NCBI GenBank assembly: GCA_977017645.1
Contig: OZ360225.1
Span: 98,580,001 to 98,644,000, forward strand
Reading direction: 5' to 3'
DNA length: 64,000 nucleotides
Source: Torpedo marmorata
Lineage: Eukaryota
Both the position numbers and the translations under genes were made by a program. A model generated the notes under the pieces. It had not been told where the DNA came from. It did no database searches and was given only the letters and a program-made list of their open reading frames with translations. Position 1 is the stretch's first letter. Every line of letters starts with the position of its first letter. Below, in pieces: positions 11,098-23,728 of this stretch.

Positions 11098-12930
11098 ATC
11101 TCCTTTATCTAGACTGATAGTCACTTCTTCAAAGAATTCCGAGGTTTGTCACACAAGATTTTCCCTTCAGGAAACCATGTTGGCTTTTGCCTCCAAGTAC
11201 TCTGTAACCTCATCCTTGACAATCAACTCCAACATCTTCCCAACCACTGGCGTCAGGCTATTATTTCCTTTCTGCTGCCTCCCTCCCTTCTTGAATAGTG
11301 GAGTGACATTTGCAATTTTCCAGTCCCCTGGGACCATATCAGAATCTATAGATCCCTGAATGATCATTACCAATGCCTCCGCAATCTATACCGCTACTTT
11401 TTTCAGAACCTGAGGGTGCAATCCATCTGGTCCAGAAGGCATCCACCATTAGACCATTCAGCTTTCTGAGCACCTTCTCCCTTGAAATAGTGACTGCACT
11501 ACCTTTCCTCACCTGAAACCCTGTGACATCGGGCACACTGCTAATACATTCCACAGTGAAGACTGATGCAAAATACTCATTTAGTTCTTCTGCCATCTCC
11601 TTGTCACTCATTATTATTTCTCAGCGACATTTTCTAGTGGTCCTATATCTATTCTCACCTCTCTTTTACTCTTTATATACTTTAAGAAGCTTTTTGTATC
11701 CTCTTTGATATTATTTGCTAGCCTACCTTCATATTTCATCTTTTCCCTCGTTTAGAGGTTTTAGTTACTTACTGCAAGTTTTTAAAAACTCCCCAATCCT
11801 CTTTCGTCCAATTTATTTTTGCTTCTTTTGCTCTTATGTTGGCTTCAACTCCTTGTCAGCCACAGTTATGACATTTTTCCATTTGAATATTTCCTCTTTT
11901 TAACCCACACCTTTCTCATTTCTTGCAGAAACTCCATCCATTGCTGCTCTGCCATCTTTCCTGCCAGTTCCCCCTTCCAATCTACTTTGGCCAGTTCTTC
12001 TCTCATATCACTGTAATTCCCTTCACTCCATTGAAATACCGACGACACATCTGACTTTAGTTTCTCCTTGTTAAATCTCAAATTGAACTCAATCATATTG
12101 TGACCACTGCCCCCTAATGGTTCCTTTACTCTAAGCTCTCTAATCACCTCTGGTGTATAACACAACACCCAATCCAGTACAGCCGACCCCCCAGTGGGCT
12201 CATCAACAAGTTGCTCTAAAAAGCCATCTCGTAGACTTTCTACAAATTCTCTCTCTTGAGATCCAGTCCCAACCTGGTTTTCCCAATCTACTTGCATGTT
12301 AAAATCCCCCATGACTAACATAATATCGCTCTTCTGACATGCCTTTCCTATTTGCTGTTACAATTTGTTGTCTGCATCCTGGCTACTGTTTGGAAGCCTG
12401 TATATAACTGGCAAGTGTCTTTTTACCCTTGCCATTTCTTAACTCAACCCACATTAATTCTACATCTTCTGATCCTATGTCACCTCTTTCTAATGATGTA
12501 ATGTTATTCCTTATCAACAGAGCCACACCACCTCCTCTACTTACCTGCCTATCCTTTCGATACACTGTGCATCCTTGGACATTAAGCTCCTAATGACATC
12601 CATCCTTTAGCCACGACTTTGTGATGGCCGCAACATCATTCCTGCCAATATGTAGCTGTTCTACAAGGTCATCCACATTATTTCTTATGCTGCATTTAAA
12701 TATAAAAACTTTTGCCCTTTATTTGTTACTTTTGACTGTGCCCCTATTGCATTGCAATTCATCCCACTGGCTGCAATTTTGCCCTATCTGCCTGTCCTTC
12801 CACACAAACTCCCTACCAGCTGTCCCTATTTGTGCGCCAACCGCCTCTTCCTCTGCCTCTTCACTTTCATTCCCACCCTCCTGCCAATCTAGTTTAAACT
12901 CTCACCCCCAACAGCATTAGCAAGCCTCCC
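11098..12930 (-). mobile_element. CR1-clade LINE EN and EN-RT linker (5' part of minus-strand CR1)
   Basis: YRKDR..RGGGVALLIR, MGDFN..DW, EQLVDEPT..AVLDWVL, EMAEELNEYFASVFT, VPGDWKIANVTPLFKKG. Confidence 0.9.
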
Positions 12931-12961
12931 TGCCTTTGTGACCATGCCTCCCCCTTACCCT

Positions 12962-14095
12962 TTTATTCGGACGTCTGTCGACATTTTACAATGTCTCCCA
13001 TGGTAAACTCATTCAGAAATTTATGAAACATGGGATCCATGGAACCTTGGCTGTGTGGTTTCAGAATTGGCTTGCCTGCAGAAAGCAGAGGGTAGTAGTG
13101 GATGGAACATATTCTGCCAGTGACTAGTAGAGTTCTGCAGGGATCTGTTCTTGGACTCTTGATATTTGTGATTTTTATAAATGACTGAGATAAAAAAGTA
13201 GAGGGATGGGTCAGTAAGTTTGCAGATAACACGAAGATTGGAGGTGTTATGGATAATGTAGAAGGTTTTCATAGTTTACAACAGGATATCGACAGGATGC
13301 AGATTTGGGCGGAAAGGTGGCAGATGGAGTTTAATCCAGATAAGTGATGCATTTTGAAAGGTCAAACTTGAAGGCAGAGTACATGGTTAATGGTAGGATA
13401 CTGAACAGTGTGGAAAAACAGAGGGAACTTGGTGTCCAAGTTCTCAAGGTTGCCGGGTAGGTTAATAGGATAGTTAAGAAGGCTTACGGTATGTTGGCCT
13501 CCAGTAGTCTGGAGATTGAGCTCAAAAGTCATGAGGTAATGTTGCAGCTCTATAAAACTCTGGTTAAACCACACGTGGAATATTGTGTTCAGTTCTGGTC
13601 ACCTCATTATAGAAAGGTAGAGGGTGCAGAGGAGATTTACCAGGATGTTGCCTCGATTGGAGAATGCGTCTTAAGAGGCAAGGTTAACAGAGCTAGAGCT
13701 TTTCTCTTTGGAGCAAAGAAGGATGAGAGGTGACTTCATAGAGGTTTACAAGATTATGAGAAGGAAAGATAAGGTGGACAGCCAGCACCTTTTTCCCAGG
13801 GCAAGAGCAGCAAACACCAGAGGACATCTGTACAAAATGAGGGGAGGAAAGTTTACGGTAGATGTCAGGGGCATGTTTTTACCAGTGTGTAGAGAAAGCC
13901 TGGAATACGTTGCCGGGGTTGGTTGTGGAGGCTGGTACAATAGGGACATAATAAAGACTTCGACAGGCACATGGATGCAAGAAAAATACAGGGTTATGGG
14001 TGTGAGGTATTGAAGGTTTAGCTTGTTGAGTAGGTTTATGTCGGTCAGCACAATATCGTGGGCTGAACGGCCTGTACTGTGCTGTAATGTTTGAT
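12962..14095 (+). mobile_element. CR1-clade LINE RT to 3' end; probable right part of the element at 2377-3146
   Basis: SKFADNTKIG, QLYKTLVKPHVEYCVQFWSPH, RRMRGDFIEVYKIM..NTRGH; 3' tail GGGCTGAACGGCCTGTACTGTGCTGTAATGTT. Confidence 0.9.
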
Positions 14096-16004
14096 GAAAT
14101 TCAGATTGCTTTCTTAGAGAAATTAAGATTAAGGAAGATTAACAGGTGTATTCAACATTATGAAATGCTTTGGTACTGCGGGTATGTGTTTCTTTATCAG
14201 ACGATCAATAATAGAATGTTCAGATTTACCATAATTGGCAAAATAATGAGAGGTGAGAATTTTTTTTTTAAACAACTATCTTGTATATCTTAGAATGGGC
14301 TGTCTGAAAGAATTGCTCAACCATAACTTTTAAGAGGAACTTTGAATAAATGGGAAAATCTCTGGAGAAAAGCAGAGGGTTTGGATTTAATCGGTACACC
14401 TGCTTTGATGCAGGATGACTCAAGATATGGTTTGCTTGCTGTTTCAACCAAGAGTATACCTCTTTATTTCAAACAAGCTAAGTTCCGTTTGCCTTATACC
14501 ACCCTGATGAATATACCTAGGCCCTCTTGTTGAAGTCAAAGCAGTGAGTTCTAAATGTTTACAATAACTTATTTACTTTATTCTCTTAGCAAAAAATCCA
14601 AGGATCCCATTTGCTATTTTAAGCACATTATTAACTTGAATTATTTTTCTAATGAGTCCACTTATTGATCATTATAAAATACTGGGGATGAAAGTGGCAT
14701 TTTAAGACCACCAAAATGAATGATTAAAGAATCACAGCACTTGAGTAGCAATTTGTTATAATGTCACGTTCAGGCAAAATACCATACACGTACTCCTCGC
14801 ATGGTAGAGATCCCAGAACAAAAAACCTTGCCATGACAGCCTGTTAATGATGAGATATAATCTACACATGTCACTTGATGTGTATTAAATGTTTTAGAAA
14901 AATGCATCCAAATCATTTGGCTTTCAAGAGTAGCTTTAAGGGGCAAAATTCTTGTTTCATTTTTACGCTATTTACTGCCAGTGCTGGAACACTAACGTTT
15001 AGCCTGCAAACACATTTTTGTGCATTTTATCTTTATTGCAATATTTAGAGTGTTGTTACTTTAATTATAAATATAATGAAGCCAAAACTGAGCAAAATAC
15101 TAAAATCAGTCACTAAATATTGAAATACCTGTCAGATTTCAAAAATGTGACAAAGAAGCTCTGGTGGTGGAAAGGATAAATTCTGACTTAAAAAGCTGGT
15201 CAAATCCAATTGTTTCCTCGGCCTTATTGTGCCACAATGCAATTACTCCAAAAAGTTCTGTTTTGTTTGGGCAGATTGACATTTACAGGAAGATATCTTG
15301 TGCTATGGTTCCTCTGAACAGTTCTTAGTCATTCAAATACCCAAATATAAATAAATTGAAGCACATAAATTTCAAAGTTGTTGTGCACTGAAGTTGCATA
15401 ATTCTGGAGTTCAACCAGGAAAGATGTCTCCATCATAATGCATCTACACCATGTTATTTCTTCCCAATCATGAAAAACGAAAAAAAAACCACAATCATTG
15501 TTCTATGATAAACTGTGTCCAGTGGGGATACAGTAAGTAAGTAAAATAGACAGATTTAAGTTAACTGGCAAAATTACCTGGACAGTCTTTTTGCAGAGAT
15601 GATCTTGAAAGCATTGCTGGACGTACTAATGAAAGCAGATACAACAGTAATTTTCAGAAGGTAATTAGATGCACACTCCAAAATAACTGATTTGCAGGAC
15701 CACAAGGGTAAAGGAATGAAGGTAATTAGTTTTTTCAAAAACCAGCACAGGCACGATGGGCTAAATGATCTTTGATTTTGTGAACACAAGGAGTCACTGG
15801 GTATGTTCCTGTTTTTTTATTTTTTTCACCTGTGCTGTTCTCTGTTCATAGGGCAGCAGAGAGCACCATCTCTGTGGTTTGCCTGCATACAGATGTTTTA
15901 AAACTTTGTTCATACTTATGGAACTGTACAGCATGAAAACAGGCCCAATGGCCTCTTGACAATCCATCACCAATCTGAGTTCTGGTTCAGGCCAACATAC
16001 TGTA

Positions 16005-16390
16005 CATAAACCTGCCAATCCCCTCCCCACCCTGTGATAGACTCACTGCTTTGGAAAACTGGCTGACATATGAAAAATTCATTCACCCCAGCCAAACTCT
16101 ATTCACCACCCTGCCCATCCTATCAGGAAGAAGATTCACAGGTATGAGAAAATGCACCACCAGATTCAAAGACAGTTTCTTTCCTATTGTTATCAGACTC
16201 CTGAATGAACTTCCAAAGAGTAAAATTATGTGTCTTTGCTCTGTACCAACTGATATTTCTCTCTGTAACAATGTACCTTTGTACTGCATTTTATTTGTTA
16301 TACTAAGTATGAGATGTCTGCTGACCTGTTCGCAAAACCATCTCTATCACTGTGTTTTTGACACTTGTGACAATAAACGAACTGAAACCA
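16005..16390 (+). mobile_element. Old Rex1/Babar-like 3' fragment
   Basis: HPSQTLFTTL..SGRRF..TTRFKDSFFP..IRLLN in ORF 16051; GACAATAAA tail. Confidence 0.75.
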
Positions 16391-16399
16391 ATTGGCACC

Positions 16400-16632
16400 A
16401 ATCCTATTCTAATCCTATTTTTTTAAATTTTCCCCACATTCCCATCAACTTCCTACTCATTCTGTCACTCATCTATACACAGGGGCAATTTGGAGTGGCC
16501 AGTACCATCAGGGAGGGAAACCATACAGTCACAGGGAGAATGAGCAAACTACACACAAATAGCACTGGAGCTCAGGGTTGAACTGAGGTCACTGGAGATG
16601 TGAAACTGCAGCTCTACTAGCTGTGCCACTGT
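16400..16632 (-). mobile_element. tRNA-derived V/HE1-type SINE, degenerate
   Basis: GGAAACCATACAGTCACAGGGAGAATGAGCAAACT..CACA is the reverse complement of the V-domain core, followed by a tRNA-like head. Confidence 0.65.
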
Positions 16633-16659
16633 ACAGTAAAAATTAATTTTGTGTCAGCA

Positions 16660-16806
16660 TGACTTCCCTCTTTGAAGAACTATATATAGGGAATGATTGC
16701 TTTCCTACATTACAAAAGCGACAGCACATCTAAAGTTTTGAATTGATTGTAAAGCCCTTTGGAGTTTCCTGAGGACATGAAATGTGCTTAATAAATTTGA
16801 ATCTTT
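16660..16806 (+). mobile_element. DeuSINE/SacSINE1-like 3' fragment
   Basis: TTTCCTACATTACAA..GATTGTAAAGCCCTTTGG..CCTGAGG..TGAAATGTGCT; related to the reverse complement of 52420-52500. Confidence 0.55.
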
Positions 16807-17849
16807 CATTGTTGTGCAACTCCCTGCAGAATGTTTCTTGGGCATGGAAGAAAGCTATCACACTGTAGAGGATTTAGTTAATCTATATCCCCATATGGAT
16901 AAATTGAAAGCTTGGAAATATCCTTGTCCTCTATGTGTTACCCTCTGTTTTTTTTCTGAACTGTTAATTTATTCATCATTCGGCTCTAAGAATGCTGGGG
17001 ACTCATATTATAATAATGTTCCTTGCACCTGTAATGAGAATGACCAGTTATGAGCTGGTCCCTCAAGTTTATGTCAAAGCCCCAATCTCCAGTTATAACA
17101 CCAGGAAATTCAAGAATAGAAAAAAAGGTAAAAGCAAAAGAACAATTTTGAAATTCCAAGCAAAAGAAGATTTTTAACATTAATAAAATGAAGGAAGTTG
17201 GATATTTGCACTCCCATATTCCCTTGAGAAGCAAGCTATTATGTGCTGTGATAGTTGTGGCAGCTGTTCCAACTGAACGAAAGGACAGAATTAAGTTTGG
17301 TGCCTCCTTAATAACTATGTATATCCTCTCATCTGTGGCAGATTGCCAAATAAATTGTGCTGAGGCAAACAACTGACAAGACAATTTGCATGACAGGAAA
17401 CACATATGGGAGGGGATTACTGTTCAGGTTTTACACAGATACTCCAGTACAAACAATCTTTCAGATATTCTCACATCTTCAAAATACAAGTATGTTACCA
17501 TATGTACAAATATTTCTCCTGGTTGACATTGATTATAGGATCCACATTGAGAATTTAATGGAAAAATATATTCAGAATATATATGAGGATTTTTTGGCAT
17601 GACATTGCTACCTAAACTCTGAAGGGAATATCTTTTTTTTAAATTTGTGCTAGCAAAGTGAATAACCTGACAAGTTTCATCTTATTCCTCCATCTGCTAC
17701 TCTCTTATCCACTCACTGAGCATACACAGGGACAGTTGAGGTTTCAGAACTCTTCACCTTCCCACCTTGCTTTGTAAATTTGATTACTACCTCATCTTGA
17801 AATAAGTCATTAAAATTGATTGTAAACAGCTGATGGCAGAGTCTGGACC

Positions 17850-17986
17850 CAATCTTGATGAAGGGTCCTGACCCAAGACATTGACTGACCATTTTTCTCC
17901 ATGGATGCTGCCTGACCCACTGAGTGTTTCAAGCTTCTTTTTGTTCACTCAAGATCCCAACATCTGCAGCTCTTGTGCTTCTCTTG
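17850..17986 (+). mobile_element. Penelope pLTR-derived short element with degenerate hammerhead
   Basis: CTTGATGAAGGGTC(CT)GACCC..; downstream GATGCTGCCTGACC..CTGAGT..CATCTGCAG block shared with other copies. Confidence 0.7.
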
Positions 17987-18019
17987 AAAACATAAGGATA
18001 GAATAAATACCTCCTGACA

Positions 18020-18685
18020 TTGAGATTTACCAAAGCATTGCCTGGATTGGAGAATGTGCCTTATGAGGCTTCTTCCCCTCTGCCATCAGATTTCTGAATA
18101 GACAATGAACCACAGACACTACCTCACTTTATCCTATTTAATTCCACTATTTATTTATTTTTGATGTAATTTATGGCAATATTTGCACTGTAATGCTGCT
18201 GCAAAACAACGAATTTCATTACATGTTCATGACAATAAATTCTGATTCTGATGAGGCAAGATTAACAGAGCTAGAGCTTTTCTCTTTGAAGCGTAGAAGG
18301 ATGAGAGGTGACTTAATAGTGGTCTACAAAATTCTGAGAGGCACAGATGGAGTGAACAGCCAGCACCTTCTTCCAGTGGCGAGTGTAGCAAACAACAGAG
18401 GACATCTGTACAAGGTGAGAGGAGGCAAGTTTAGAGGAGACGTAAGGGGTACGTTTTTTACACAGAGAGTAGTGGATGCCTGGAATTCATTGCCAGGGGT
18501 GATGGTAGAGGCTGGTACAATAGGAAGTTAAAAGACTCTTAGACTGGCACAGAGATGCAAGCAAAATAGAGGGTTATGGATGTGAGGTAGGGAAGGTTTA
18601 GTTTGTTGAGTAGATTTATATAGGTTGGTATAACATCATGGGTCGAATGGCCTGCTCAGTGCTGTAATGTTCCATGATCTATGTA
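18020..18685 (+). mobile_element. CR1-clade LINE 3' end, same family as 12962-14095, containing a Rex1 tail insertion
   Basis: LELFSLKRRRMRGDLIVVYKIL..RGHLYKV..FFTQRVVDAWNSLP; 3' tail near 18640-18683. Confidence 0.88.
18070..18250 (+). mobile_element. Rex1/Babar-like 3' tail fragment with 7-bp TSD
   Basis: TTCTTCCCCTCTGCCATCAGATTTCTGAAT...GACAATAAA(TTCTGA)2; ATGAGGC at both 18063-18069 and 18251-18257. Confidence 0.85.
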
Positions 18686-18691
18686 TCTAAA

Positions 18692-20790
18692 AAGGGCAGC
18701 TCCAGAGATCCGAACAGCCAGAAGGTGGTCACGGGAGGTTACTGGACTGCCTCGAGTCAGTGGATTGGGTGATGTTCAAGAACTCAGCTGAGGATCTGAA
18801 TGATTACACCAGGGTCATTACAGACTTTATCAAAACAGTTGTTGATGAGTGTGTCCCCACCAAATCTTCAGGGTTTTCCCAAACCAGAAGCCCTGGATGA
18901 ACAACGAAATCCGGAACCTGCTAAGAGCCAGATCACAGGCATTAAAGTCCGGAGATCCAGAACACTACACCAGGAGCAGGTACGACATATGAAAAGCCAT
19001 CTTCCAGCTGAATTGGAGATTCCGTATGAAAATGGAAACAACGAAGGATACCCGACAGCTGTGGCAGGACCTTAATGATATAACCTGCTACAAAACCAAA
19101 TCTGGTGCAGTAGGAGACTGTAAAGCATCACTCCCAGATGAACTAAATGTCTTCTATGCCCGATTTGACCACCAGAACAAGGAACAGCCACTGCGTACTC
19201 CGTGCCTCTGATGATCTACTACTATCAGTATCCAAGGATGACGTGAGGGCTGCCTTCTGGAGAGCGAATCCGGACGGAGTAATTGGCCGAGTACTGAAAA
19301 CCTGTGCTGACCAACTTGCTAATGTATTCATGGATATCTTCAACATCTCACTCTGGCAGGGCGTGGTACCCTCCTGTTTCAAACAGGCATCAATCATATC
19401 TGCGCCCAAGAAGAGTGTGGTAACCTGCCAAAATGACTACTGACCAGTGGCACTCACATCCACAGTGATGAAGTGTTTGAGAGGCTGGTGTTGAAGCATA
19501 TCAACTCCTGTCGAGCGTCGACATGGATCCCTTTCAATTTACCTACCGCAGCAACAGATCTATGGCAGATGCCATCTCTGGCTCTACACAAAGCCCTGGA
19601 ACACCTAAACAGCAAAGAGGCATACATCAGGATGCTCTTTATTGACTACAGTTCAGCATCATCATCCCCTCAAAACTGATCAGCAAACTCCAAGACCTGG
19701 GCCTCAATACCCCACTGTGCAATTGGATCCTGGATTTCCTCACCTCCAGACCACAATCAGTGGGGATTGGTAAGAACACCTCCTCCACAATCTCCATCAT
19801 AACTGGAGCATCACAGGGCTGCATTCTTAGCCCCCTGCTCTACTCACTTTACACCTATGATCGTGTGGCTCAGTGTGACAACACCATCTACAAATTTGCT
19901 GACAATACCACGGAAGTAGGTTATATAAAAGTGGGTGTTGAGTCAGCATACAGGAGGGAGATTGAAAACTTGGCTGAATGGTGTACTAACAAAAACCTCA
20001 CTTAATGTCATCAAATCCAAAGAGCTGATTGTGGACTTCTGGTGCAGAAAACCAGAGGTGTACGATCCAGTGATTATTGGGGGATCAGAGGTGGAGAGAG
20101 TGAGCAAATTTCAGTTCTTGGGAATCACTATTTCGGAGGACCTTTCCTGGACTCAACACACAAATTCATTGTGAAGAAAGCATGTCAGCATCAGGAGTTT
20201 GCGGAGGTTTGGTATGACTACGAAAACCTTGGTAAACTTCTATAGATGTGCAGTGGAAAGTGTGTTGACTGGCTGCATCACGGAATGGTATGGGGACACC
20301 AATACCACTGAGTGGAAAGCCCTGAAAAAGGTGGTGGTTACAGCACAGTACATCACAGGCAAAACTCCCCACCATTGAGAAAATATACATGGAACGCTGC
20401 TGTCGGAGGGCAGTAGCAATCCAAACCACTAGGACATGCTCTGTTCTCACTGCTGCCATCAGGAAAGAGGTATAGGTGCCGCAAGACTTGTACCACCAGG
20501 TTCAGGGAGAGTGGCTACCCCTCCAACATCAGACTCCTAAACAACAGACTCAGTCAGAGACTCATTAAAGACATTATTTATTGCTGAATATTTATATTTT
20601 TCTGTATTGCACAGTTTGTTTAAATTTCTTTCTTTGTTTACATTTCTCTCTTTTGTATACATATCTTTTTTCTTGAGTACAGTTTACAGTTACCGATAAG
20701 TAGAAATTCAGCCTGGCCTGCAGGAAAAATAATCTCAGGGTTGTATGAGATGTCATGTACGTACTCTGACAATAAATATGATATTTAAAC
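18692..20790 (+). mobile_element. Rex1/Babar-like LINE subfamily B, long 5'-truncated copy (pseudogenised RT)
   Basis: [72 protein letters not shown]; ends GTACTCTGACAATAAA. Confidence 0.92.
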
Positions 20791-21011
20791 TTTGTTCTAT
20801 GATGTTTAGTAAACAAAATTTGTAGATTTAAGGATGTATCGAGAAATAGCTGCTCCTGAACATGTTAGATTACAACATAGACAAAAAGTTTTGATCACAG
20901 CTTATATCTCAGCAGCAAAGCTCGAAATGAAGTACAGCCTATCAAGAAGGCCGATATATGAAGAGCCAATAAAATCCTTTTCTTGACATTTACTTCTTTA
21001 TCCATGTAACC

Positions 21012-21215
21012 CTGGAACACTGCAGCACAGAAACATTGGCCCTTCTAGTCCATGCTAAACTATTATTCTGCACAGTCCCATTTACCTGCACCCAGATCAT
21101 AGCCCACCACATACCTCTCTCATTAATGTACCTATCCAAATTTTTCTTAAATGTTGAAATTGAGCCCGCATTTACTACTTCAGCTGGCAGCTCATCCCAC
21201 ACTCTCACCACTCTC
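21012..21215 (-). mobile_element. CR1 3' fragment
   Basis: ERVVRVWDELPAEVVNAGSISTFKKNLDRY (ORF 20990-21268). Confidence 0.8.
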
Positions 21216-21329
21216 TCATCCTTACAGCGTATGTTACTATAAATGCTGAAAGTAGGAGTGTGACTCAATATTTTGAATATATGTAGCTGGTCAAGGAAAA
21301 ACAGCAGATATTGATAAAGAGTAAATATA

Positions 21330-22345
21330 TCTGTTCAACTTGATTGAAAATTTTCAAGTGGTGACTAAAATAAGGAACAGAGAAATGTCTAGTGATGTAA
21401 TTTACACAGACTTCCAGAATGCATTTGGGAAATTCCTTCATAAAAAAACTGTTAACTAAAGTTGAAGCTGAAGGCACTAAAGACAAATGTATCACAGAAT
21501 TATAGAAAATCAGCCCAGAAACCTATTGTCAAGAGGATACTGTTCTGGAAGGACATGTGTTGCGATTGTGGATAGCATTTCTAATTGGCAGGATTCAGTT
21601 CTTGGAGCATAAATAAATGTACACCATTTATGTTAATGGGCAGTGTAGATGGAACCATAAACTTATACAGAAATATTAATAGATTAATCATTGGGATTCA
21701 ATTATGAACAATGGTTTTCAATGCAAGCAAATGTGACGACTTTCACTTTGGACCAAATGGGATCCAACAGGGTATCAAGGTGTAAAAACAGGATTCAACA
21801 AAACTTGAGGATCCACTTAAACTGACCAATGTAACATTTCAGAAAACTACAGAAAATATTTAAAACTGGTTAATAAATTGCTAGCCCATGTGTCTAGAAG
21901 ACAGCATAATGGATGGCACACTGCCCCTCAGCTCCAGCAACCTGAATTTACTCCTGATTTTCGGTGTTGTCTGTAAAGGGTTTGCATGGGATTAGCATAA
22001 ATGCATACATGGTTGTCACTGTGGACATGATGGGCCGGGTGGTCTGTTTTATGACACAAAGTCTATGGCTCTAAGACCATGTAAGGATAGAAAATATTCT
22101 ATAGCTCTACAAAATCTGGCCTGGCTATTTCTGGCATATTGTGTTCTATTCTGGGTGCTGCATCCCAGGATGGAGAGTTTAGCTCTTGACAGTAATACAA
22201 ATTTACAAAATCAGATATAAAAGGAGAGATTACAAAACAAGAATTGTATTTCCTGGAAAATAGAAGGCTAAGAGGTAGTTTTAAAGAAAGTTTCAATATA
22301 TTAAGTATAATTAATGTGGTAAACAATGATTGGCATGGTTGGGAT
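21330..22345 (+). mobile_element. Highly decayed CR1 fragments interrupted by a degenerate V-SINE (~21905-22075)
   Basis: Residual DVIYTDFQNAF and LYKIWPG..YCV.FW-like motifs; SINE core GTTGTCTGTAAAGGGTTTGCATG. Confidence 0.55.
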
Positions 22346-22384
22346 TAGGGTACATAGTTGAAACAATACTTTGATATTTCTGGA

Positions 22385-22515
22385 CCAAAATAAAAATCGC
22401 AGATGCTGGAAATCAGAAATGAAAACAGAAAATGGTAGAAACACTTTACAGGTAGGCAGCGTTTGAGGAAAGTGAAACAGTTAATCTTTGAAGTCAAAGG
22501 GCCTTCATCAGACGG
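22385..22515 (-). mobile_element. Penelope pLTR-derived short element
   Basis: GCAGATGCTGGAAATC..AAAACAGAAAATG..CAGGTAGGCAGC..; the minus strand reads CTGATGAAGG (hammerhead core). Confidence 0.75.
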
Positions 22516-23251
22516 ATGGGGAAAAAAAAAACAGTTAAATTTTGAGAGAAGTTGGAGTGAGGGATAGATGGTGAGAAAGAATAGATAGAGGCCAGGTTGG
22601 CTTGAATATCTGTGAGGATAAGTGGTGGTCAGTGCATTCAAATTAAAGAGTGAGAACAGCGACAAATGCTGCAAAATACTGAGTCCTTTCGTTTCTGCTT
22701 CTGGAATGAAGATAGGAAAGTCACCTGTGAGAAATTATGAAAACTTTCAATTGTTAAGCAATTAAAATTAGTCACGCACACATTGATGTTATTTATCAAG
22801 AGCTGGAAATATGATAGGCAAATAATATCGGCCTCAGAGCAAATTGTGACAGAAAGTGCTTAGTTTAATTTCACAATGGGCAGGTTTTCAACAGAAAATA
22901 GATATAAACACTTCAAAATAGGGAGAAAGTATGCATGATTTATACATGAACAAATCAGTCCAATTTCAGGGTAAAACTCTTTCCATTGTTTGGAATGACT
23001 GTAGAAAGAATAATAGTGGCTGGTCTTTCAGGTGTGGTTACAAAACAACTAAACAGGAAGTATAATGAATATTGATCAAGAAATTCCAAGAATGCCACAA
23101 AGAATGTCATTAATTACAATATTTAGCACCAATTTTTCCTGTTGTCAATGCATTTCAACATTTCTTGGAGAATTGGATATGCTGCAGTGAACATAATGTT
23201 GAAAGATGGATCACATAACTAACAAAGTCACTGCTTATGCCAGTTCAATAA

Positions 23252-23402
23252 GGAAGTCTGCAGATGCTAGGATTGAGTGCAATACACAAATGTGCTGGAG
23301 AAACTCAGCCGGTCATGCAGCATCCATGGGAAGTAAAGGGTAACCAATGCTTCGGGCCTGGGCTGTATGACCTGCTGAGTTTCTCCAGCACCTTTGTGTA
23401 TT
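23252..23402. repeat. Palindromic Penelope-pLTR-derived element (41-bp arms)
   Basis: 23281-23321 and 23362-23402 are inverted repeats with 3 mismatches. Confidence 0.85.
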
Positions 23403-23728
23403 ATCTTTGTCAGCTACATCAATTAAAAAGATCAACATTAACTGGGTAGTATATGATGCTCATTTCCTTGGCAAACTAACTATTTGCCCCTAAAGGGATT
23501 TTGAAGTCAACAAAAATTGTGCTTTTCTCCTTTCTATCTAACTTATGGAAACAGGAGAAGAACATCTCCTGAATCCACAATGTTAAAATTGACCTGTAAC
23601 TGCACCTATTTTGTAGCTCTCCCACTCTGCATATCACATCATCCATTTACAGTGGGCTCTGGGCAAGCCAACTATTTTCCAGGTCCACCAATGGATTATT
23701 ACACTCCATATCAATGATGTTTAATGTA

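Noticed and set aside
20834-20985. 50-codon plus-strand ORF (MYREIAAPEH...)
   Set aside because: No recognisable homology or convincing splice signals; this length is expected by chance
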